Origin: Myxococcota bacterium
GTDB taxonomy: Bacteria; Myxococcota_A; SURF-8
NCBI GenBank assembly: GCA_965140415.1
Contig: OZ223209.1
Coordinates: forward strand, 2,304,001 to 2,368,000
Direction: 5' to 3'
DNA length: 64,000 bases
Both the position numbers and the translations under genes were made by a program. The notes below the pieces were generated by a model, which was not told where the DNA came from, made no database searches, and saw nothing but the letters and a program-made list of their open reading frames with translations. Of this stretch, positions 59,238 to 64,000 are shown piece by piece. The number at the start of each line of letters is the position of its first letter. The stretch's first letter is position 1.

Positions 59238-59825
59238 TTATTCGTCCTCTCCATGTAAGTAGACGCGCATCAGCCGCTTCATTTTCTGGCGTGCATGAAA
59301 GAGCCGTGACATTACCGTGCCAATGTTGCAATTCATCGCTTCCGCCATTTCGTCATAGCTCAATCCTTCCAATTCTCGTAGCACCAACGCTGTGCGATGA
59401 ATCTCCGATAGGCGCTCCATGCAGGCATTGATGCAAGTCGCCAACTCTTTGTTTTCCAGGTCTCGGGCAGGATTTCCGCCTGTTTGCTGGAAGGTGCTCC
59501 ACTCGCAATCGCTGTCGTCGAGTTGACGTGTATCATCGTGCGGCGCGGCAGCATGTTTCTTTCGCTGATTGACCGAATCGATCGCCAAATTGACGGTGAT
59601 TCGGTAAATCCAGGTATAAAACGTCGAATCGCCTTTAAAGCCAGGCAGACTTTTATAGGCCCGTAAAAAAGCTTCCTGGCTGATATCCAACGCATCTTGC
59701 TGGTTCCGCACGATACCGTACGCGATGCCAAAGACCTTTCGCTGGTATTGTTTTACCAGCGTTTCAAAAGCCCGCTTATCACCGTTTTGACAGCGGACGA
59801 TGAGTTGTGACTCGGTCGAATCCAT
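59238..59825 (-). CDS. ECF sigma-70 factor (RpoE/SigW-like)
   Basis: AFETLV, FYTWIYRI and LSYDEMA...GTVMSRLFHAR motifs. Confidence 0.93.
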   Translation of the reverse strand: MDSTESQLIVRCQNGDKRAFETLVKQYQRKVFGIAYGIVRNQQDALDISQEAFLRAYKSLPGFKGDSTFYTWIYRITVNLAIDSVNQRKKHAAAPHDDTRQLDDSDCEWSTFQQTGGNPARDLENKELATCINACMERLSEIHRTALVLRELEGLSYDEMAEAMNCNIGTVMSRLFHARQKMKRLMRVYLHGEDE

Positions 59826-59896
59826 GGACCTCGCCAATCAATCAGTAAATATGACCCTAAACTACCAAGAATATTCACACTGCACAGATAAAAAAA

Positions 59897-59912
59897 GTGA
59901 AAGCGTTTTCAC
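59897..59912. promoter_or_regulatory. cre-like palindrome in the ECF sigma / cysK divergent region
   Basis: GTGAAAGCGTTTTCAC, a near-perfect 16-bp palindrome matching the cre consensus. Confidence 0.55.
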
Positions 59913-59935
59913 AAGATAGCAAGGATACCTTCAAA

Positions 59936-59960
59936 AACGAACACTTTTTATCCCGGTTGC
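59936..59960 (-). promoter_or_regulatory. Putative ECF-type autoregulatory promoter
   Basis: Minus strand reads GCAAC-N16-CGTT. Confidence 0.4.
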
Positions 59961-60047
59961 TGTTCCAAGATTGCAACAAACTACCATTTCCCCCTCCGAT
60001 TACCGGAAAGTCGGAAACACAAAAGCTATCTTATCAAAATCAAACCT

Positions 60048-60076
60048 TTGACTGCAAGAGAAGGAATCATTATAAT
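60048..60076 (+). promoter_or_regulatory. Sigma70 promoter of cysK
   Basis: TTGACT-N17-TATAAT. Confidence 0.75.
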
Positions 60077-60189
60077 TCTGCCGTCAAGCAGGGAACACAC
60101 AGATGGTGTTGCTCATGGAACTTATAAAAGCATTCGCCGATGTTTGCTGGCGAAATGACCTCGTGGTGTACGAGGGAATGGAGACTTAA

Positions 60190-61101
60190 ATGAAGACGAT
60201 GAATGTACTTGATTTAATTGGGAATACTCCGATGATCGAGATTCCCAGTTTACTTTCTTCGACGATTTATGCCAAGGCGGAGTTTTTGAATCCGGGCGGA
60301 TCGGTCAAGGACCGCATTGCATTGCACCTGATCAATAAGGCCATCGAGGATGGTTCTTTGAAACCCGGTGATATCATTGTGGAAGCGACCAGTGGTAATA
60401 CCGGAATCGGCGTGGCGCTGGTAGGAATTCGAAAGGGCTTCAAAGTGGTGATCGTGATGCCCGAATCGATGAGTGAAGAGCGCAAGAAGATTATTCGTGC
60501 GTTGGGTGCGGAACTGGTCCCGACTCCGGCAGGCAAAAGCATTCAGGGTGCAGTCGATAAAGCTCAGGAAATCAAAGAACGCAATAAAAACGTTTGGATT
60601 ATGAACCAGTTCGGGAATCCCTACAATCCCGAAGCTCATTATGTTGGGACCGGACCGGAAATCTGGGAGCAGATGGAAGGTCGCGTGGATGCCTTCGTGG
60701 CAGGTGTCGGCAGCGGTGGCTCGTTGCAAGGCGTTGGTAAGTTCCTGAAAGAGAAGAACCCGGACTTGCGGATCATCGCGGTGGAGCCGGAAGGCGCAAG
60801 CGCCTTATTGGGAGAAGAGCCGGGTTTGCACCGTATTCATCAGATTCAGGGAATCGGGGATGGTTTTATTCCGGATGTGCTCGACACCAAGATGATCGAT
60901 CAGGTGGTTTGCGTGACGGATGATGACGCCATTTACACCACGCGCATGCTGGCGCGTCGCGAAGGTGTATTGGTAGGGACTTCATCTGGTGCGAACATGT
61001 GGGCCGCGCGAAAAGTGGCCGAAGAGATGGGGAACGGAGCGCGGGTTGCTACGATTTTACCGGATCGCGCCGAGCGCTACTTCAGCACTGCATTGATTTA
61101 G
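60190..61101 (+). CDS. cysK: Cysteine synthase A
   Basis: NPGGSVKDR, EATSGNTG, IQGIG and ERYFST motifs. Confidence 0.92.
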   Translation: MKTMNVLDLIGNTPMIEIPSLLSSTIYAKAEFLNPGGSVKDRIALHLINKAIEDGSLKPGDIIVEATSGNTGIGVALVGIRKGFKVVIVMPESMSEERKKIIRALGAELVPTPAGKSIQGAVDKAQEIKERNKNVWIMNQFGNPYNPEAHYVGTGPEIWEQMEGRVDAFVAGVGSGGSLQGVGKFLKEKNPDLRIIAVEPEGASALLGEEPGLHRIHQIQGIGDGFIPDVLDTKMIDQVVCVTDDDAIYTTRMLARREGVLVGTSSGANMWAARKVAEEMGNGARVATILPDRAERYFSTALI

Positions 61102-61105
61102 GGGA

Positions 61106-61603
61106 GTGATGACTATCAACATACGACCAGCTACCCCTTCGGATTGGGCGATCATCGTTGAATATAATTGTGCGTTGGCGTTTGAAACCGAAGATAAGGT
61201 GTTGAATAAACAGCTGATTATCCCTGGCGTGAAAGCCTTGCTGGCCGATGCGGGTAAAGGTTTGTATCGTCTGGCGGAAACGAATGGGCAAGTTGTCGGT
61301 CAATTGATGCTGACCTACGAATGGAGCGACTGGCGTAACGGTTGGTTCTGGTGGATTCAGTCGGTGTACGTGCATCCCGATTTTCGGCGTAAAGGCGTGT
61401 ATCGTTCGTTGTATGAAGCTCTGCACGAGGAAGCCACCCGCCGGGAGGATGTCTGTGGCATTCGCTTGTATGTCGATCAGGAAAATCATCGTGCCCAGAA
61501 AACCTATCGAGCTTTGGCAATGCAGGCCGCTCATTACGACCTGTATGAAGTCGATTTCCATTTTAACGATCACGAGTCCGTCAGCGACAATCGGGAAGAG
61601 TGA
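61106..61603 (+). CDS. GNAT N-acetyltransferase
   Basis: EWSDWRNG and SVYVHPDFRRKGV (motif A). Confidence 0.9.
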   Translation: MMTINIRPATPSDWAIIVEYNCALAFETEDKVLNKQLIIPGVKALLADAGKGLYRLAETNGQVVGQLMLTYEWSDWRNGWFWWIQSVYVHPDFRRKGVYRSLYEALHEEATRREDVCGIRLYVDQENHRAQKTYRALAMQAAHYDLYEVDFHFNDHESVSDNREE

Positions 61604-61661
61604 CGATTCTTTTTCGGGCGATTCGGTTCGAAATAAACCTGAATAATGAACGGGTGGTGTC

Positions 61662-62453
61662 ATGATTGAATTGACCTGGTATGGAAATGCAACCATTCTC
61701 TTTCGTGCTGGTGAAACCAGTTTGATCAGCGATCCGTTCTTTACGCGAAATCCCGATCTGCCTCCGATCACAATGGAGGAAATCGCTCAGGCGGATGGCA
61801 TTCTGGTTACGCACGGGCATTTCGATCATGTAGCGGATTTTCCGGCCATTCTGGATGAACTTCCGCATCCGGTGCTGGCACCGCCCGCTGTTGCGCCTCG
61901 TTTGCAGCATTGGACGGATGCGCTGGCCAAACATACGGTTCCGATGCCGACCAACATGGAAAGTCCATTTCAAGATGTAACCTTGACCGCTTTGGATGCC
62001 AAGCATGTCACCTTCGATCTGCCATTGATTGTCAGTACGGTATCCGCCTTTTTCAAAGGCGATGTCGGCCTGAACTGGACACGCCTCAAACGGAATCTTT
62101 ACGATCACCGGCATTGCCCCATGGGACAATGTGTCGCCTGGTTGCTGGAATATCAGGGCAGCAAAGCGCTTCATATCGGGAGTCTGGCTCTAGACCCCGG
62201 GCAGGTGTATCCCACTGGGGTGGATGTTCTTTGCCTGCCTTTGCAGGGAAACAGCAAGGTGCATGAACTGGCGGCGGATATCGTTGAAAAACTGCAACCC
62301 AAGGCCGTGTATATCCATCATATTGACGATGCCTTTCCGCCGATCAGTCAGAATGTCGATACTGCACCGTTTGTTGAATTGATGGCTGCCCGCTACCCGG
62401 AAATTCCGGTCACGATACCCGAGTACCGGTTGCCGGTTACTTTTGGCAACTAG
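61662..62453 (+). CDS. MBL-fold metallo-hydrolase (UlaG-like)
   Basis: SDPF, THGHFDH and IHH motifs. Confidence 0.88.
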   Translation: MIELTWYGNATILFRAGETSLISDPFFTRNPDLPPITMEEIAQADGILVTHGHFDHVADFPAILDELPHPVLAPPAVAPRLQHWTDALAKHTVPMPTNMESPFQDVTLTALDAKHVTFDLPLIVSTVSAFFKGDVGLNWTRLKRNLYDHRHCPMGQCVAWLLEYQGSKALHIGSLALDPGQVYPTGVDVLCLPLQGNSKVHELAADIVEKLQPKAVYIHHIDDAFPPISQNVDTAPFVELMAARYPEIPVTIPEYRLPVTFGN

Positions 62454-62538
62454 CCGTTCTGCATGCCATTTATCTGATTGCTACATAGTCATGCCTGTTA
62501 GATTAAACGAAAAGCTGCGTTGAGTTTCTGGAGGAGAT

Positions 62539-63051
62539 GTGATGCCTACAGCAGAAGAAATCATCCGTAAATTCGGTTTGGAACCCTTGCCGGGGGAAGG
62601 GGGATATTACTATGAGACGTACCGCAGCAAATTGGAGCTGTCCTCGGAATGCCTGCCGGATGACTATTCTGGGTCGAGAGCAATGTCGACCGCGATCTAT
62701 TATTTACTGACCCCTGATGGCGTTTCAAGCATGCATCGTGTGCCGGGCGATGAAATCTTTCACTTTTACCTCGGAGATCCCGTAGATCAGCTTATGCTTT
62801 ATCCGGATGGGCATAGCCAGATTGTAACTCTTGGTTCCGATTTCGAGCGAGGACAGCAGTTTCAATCGGTGGTACCGGGTGGTGTCTGGCAGGGGGCTTG
62901 GTTGAAAGATGGGGGACAATTCGCTCTGCTGGGCACGACCATGGCGCCTGGTTTCGAGTTTTCTGACTATGAATCCGGGAATCGGGAGCAATTGATTTCA
63001 GAGTATCCCTCTGCCCGACAATTCATTGAAAGACTTACGCAGAATCCATAG
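62539..63051 (+). CDS. Cupin, DUF985/Cupin_5 family
   Basis: EGGYYYETYRS, TAIYYLL, EIFHFY and APGFEFSD motifs. Confidence 0.9.
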   Translation: MMPTAEEIIRKFGLEPLPGEGGYYYETYRSKLELSSECLPDDYSGSRAMSTAIYYLLTPDGVSSMHRVPGDEIFHFYLGDPVDQLMLYPDGHSQIVTLGSDFERGQQFQSVVPGGVWQGAWLKDGGQFALLGTTMAPGFEFSDYESGNREQLISEYPSARQFIERLTQNP

Positions 63052-63182
63052 CTGCGATTGTTAAAAAACCAACAAGTCGGCCAAATTTATTGGCAATTCC
63101 TAGCAAAGTGATATACTAGCTCATGTTTCCGGGTGTCCACTTTGCTTAGAATGCCGAATAAATACAATGCATTGGAGATTGT

Positions 63183-64000
63183 ATGATGCGAAGGATTACG
63201 CTTTTGGTCCTGTTGGGAATGATGTTTTTCATCGTGATTTCAGGATGTTCCGATGAGGATGATCCTATAGCGGATGGCGATGTCGCGGATGGTGATGCGA
63301 CAGACGGCGATCAGTCGGCTGATGGCGATTCTTCCTCCGATGGGGATCAATCGACGGATGGTGATATCTCGCCAGATGGTGATGTCGCTCCCGATGGTGA
63401 TCAATCTGCGGATGGTGATTTTTCCGAAAGCGAACAGGTGGATGGCGATCAAAGCGAAAGCGAAGCCGATGCCGAAGCCGTTCAGGATCTGCACCCTCCG
63501 ACAATTGAATTCTCCGATTTGCAACTGTATCAGGGAGTCAAAAGAAATCAAGAGGTTACTGTAACCGTTACCGACGATGTGGCGGTCAGCAAAGTCGAGC
63601 TTTTTGTCAATTCAAATCCCGATCCCGTTGCGGCGAGTTATTCGGAACCGTTTACACTCACCTGGGTAACAGATGCTTACTTCAACGGTATTGCCTCGAT
63701 TCGTGCGGTTGCCACTGATGGCAGTGGCAAGCAGGGTGAAACGGAGCGATTGCCTGTGGTGATTATCAATGGTGGATTGGAAGCGACGTTAGTTGAAGGC
63801 AATGCGGGTTTCCTTTCCATTCCTGAAGACTATGACGGCACCCAGGAAGTAGATGTCAAACATCATTGGAACAACCCGGAAAACGTGTGGCGCATCATGG
63901 GACTGTTGGCCTTCTGGCCGCCTACAAGAGAGGCTGACTGGGATCTGGAACTGACGATGGGAACGGGCTATTGTCCACATTCCGGAATGGCGTATCCGGA
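63183..64000 (+). CDS. Lipoprotein with DGD repeats and a bacterial Ig-like domain (truncated at window end)
   Basis: Not in the ORF track; manual translation gives MMRRITLLVLLGMMFFIVISGC, 10 DGD units, then PPTI...TDDVAVSKVELFVN...PFTLTW...AVATDGSG. GGAG RBS. Confidence 0.8.
   Translation, partial: MMRRITLLVLLGMMFFIVISGCSDEDDPIADGDVADGDATDGDQSADGDSSSDGDQSTDGDISPDGDVAPDGDQSADGDFSESEQVDGDQSESEADAEAVQDLHPPTIEFSDLQLYQGVKRNQEVTVTVTDDVAVSKVELFVNSNPDPVAASYSEPFTLTWVTDAYFNGIASIRAVATDGSGKQGETERLPVVIINGGLEATLVEGNAGFLSIPEDYDGTQEVDVKHHWNNPENVWRIMGLLAFWPPTREADWDLELTMGTGYCPHSGMAYP

Noticed and set aside
63090-63105. Sigma54 promoter TTGGCAATTCCTAGCA
   Set aside because: GG-to-GC spacing is 9, not the required 10.

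Overview
Core-chromosome segment (~52% GC by eye) of a Gram-negative, LPS-producing bacterium. Asp-rich lipoproteins, a PEGA-domain Ser/Thr kinase, HprK and CxxxxCH cytochromes suggest a Myxococcota/deltaproteobacterial-type lineage (inference). From left to right it holds: an amino-acid permease/M19 dipeptidase/D-cysteine desulfhydrase-like operon; sdhCDAB; a Wzx/Wzy polysaccharide locus facing an O-antigen-ligase-TPR gene; signalling genes (pseudo-rhomboid, atypical and canonical receiver paralogs, PilZ, non-RD kinase); a lipoprotein with ~59 tandem DGDVP repeats; cobO; hutUI; two beta-propeller lipoproteins; a Cys-rich Fe-S protein; ppdK; a porin + 11-heme + 16-heme cytochrome conduit followed by an HAO-like octaheme; a GTAG-type REP cluster; a long ECF sigma-lptCAB-rpoN-ptsN-hprK-rapZ-EIIA/HPr-ptsI string; cysK and small enzymes. 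I saw no tRNA, rRNA, CRISPR or transposase. The most notable candidates are (i) the porin-cytochrome conduit next to a reductive-type HAO, (ii) cre-like (CcpA/LacI) operators around an HprK/HPr regulatory PTS whose HPr is fused and non-canonical, and (iii) a family of DGD-repeat lipoproteins with a shared promoter motif.
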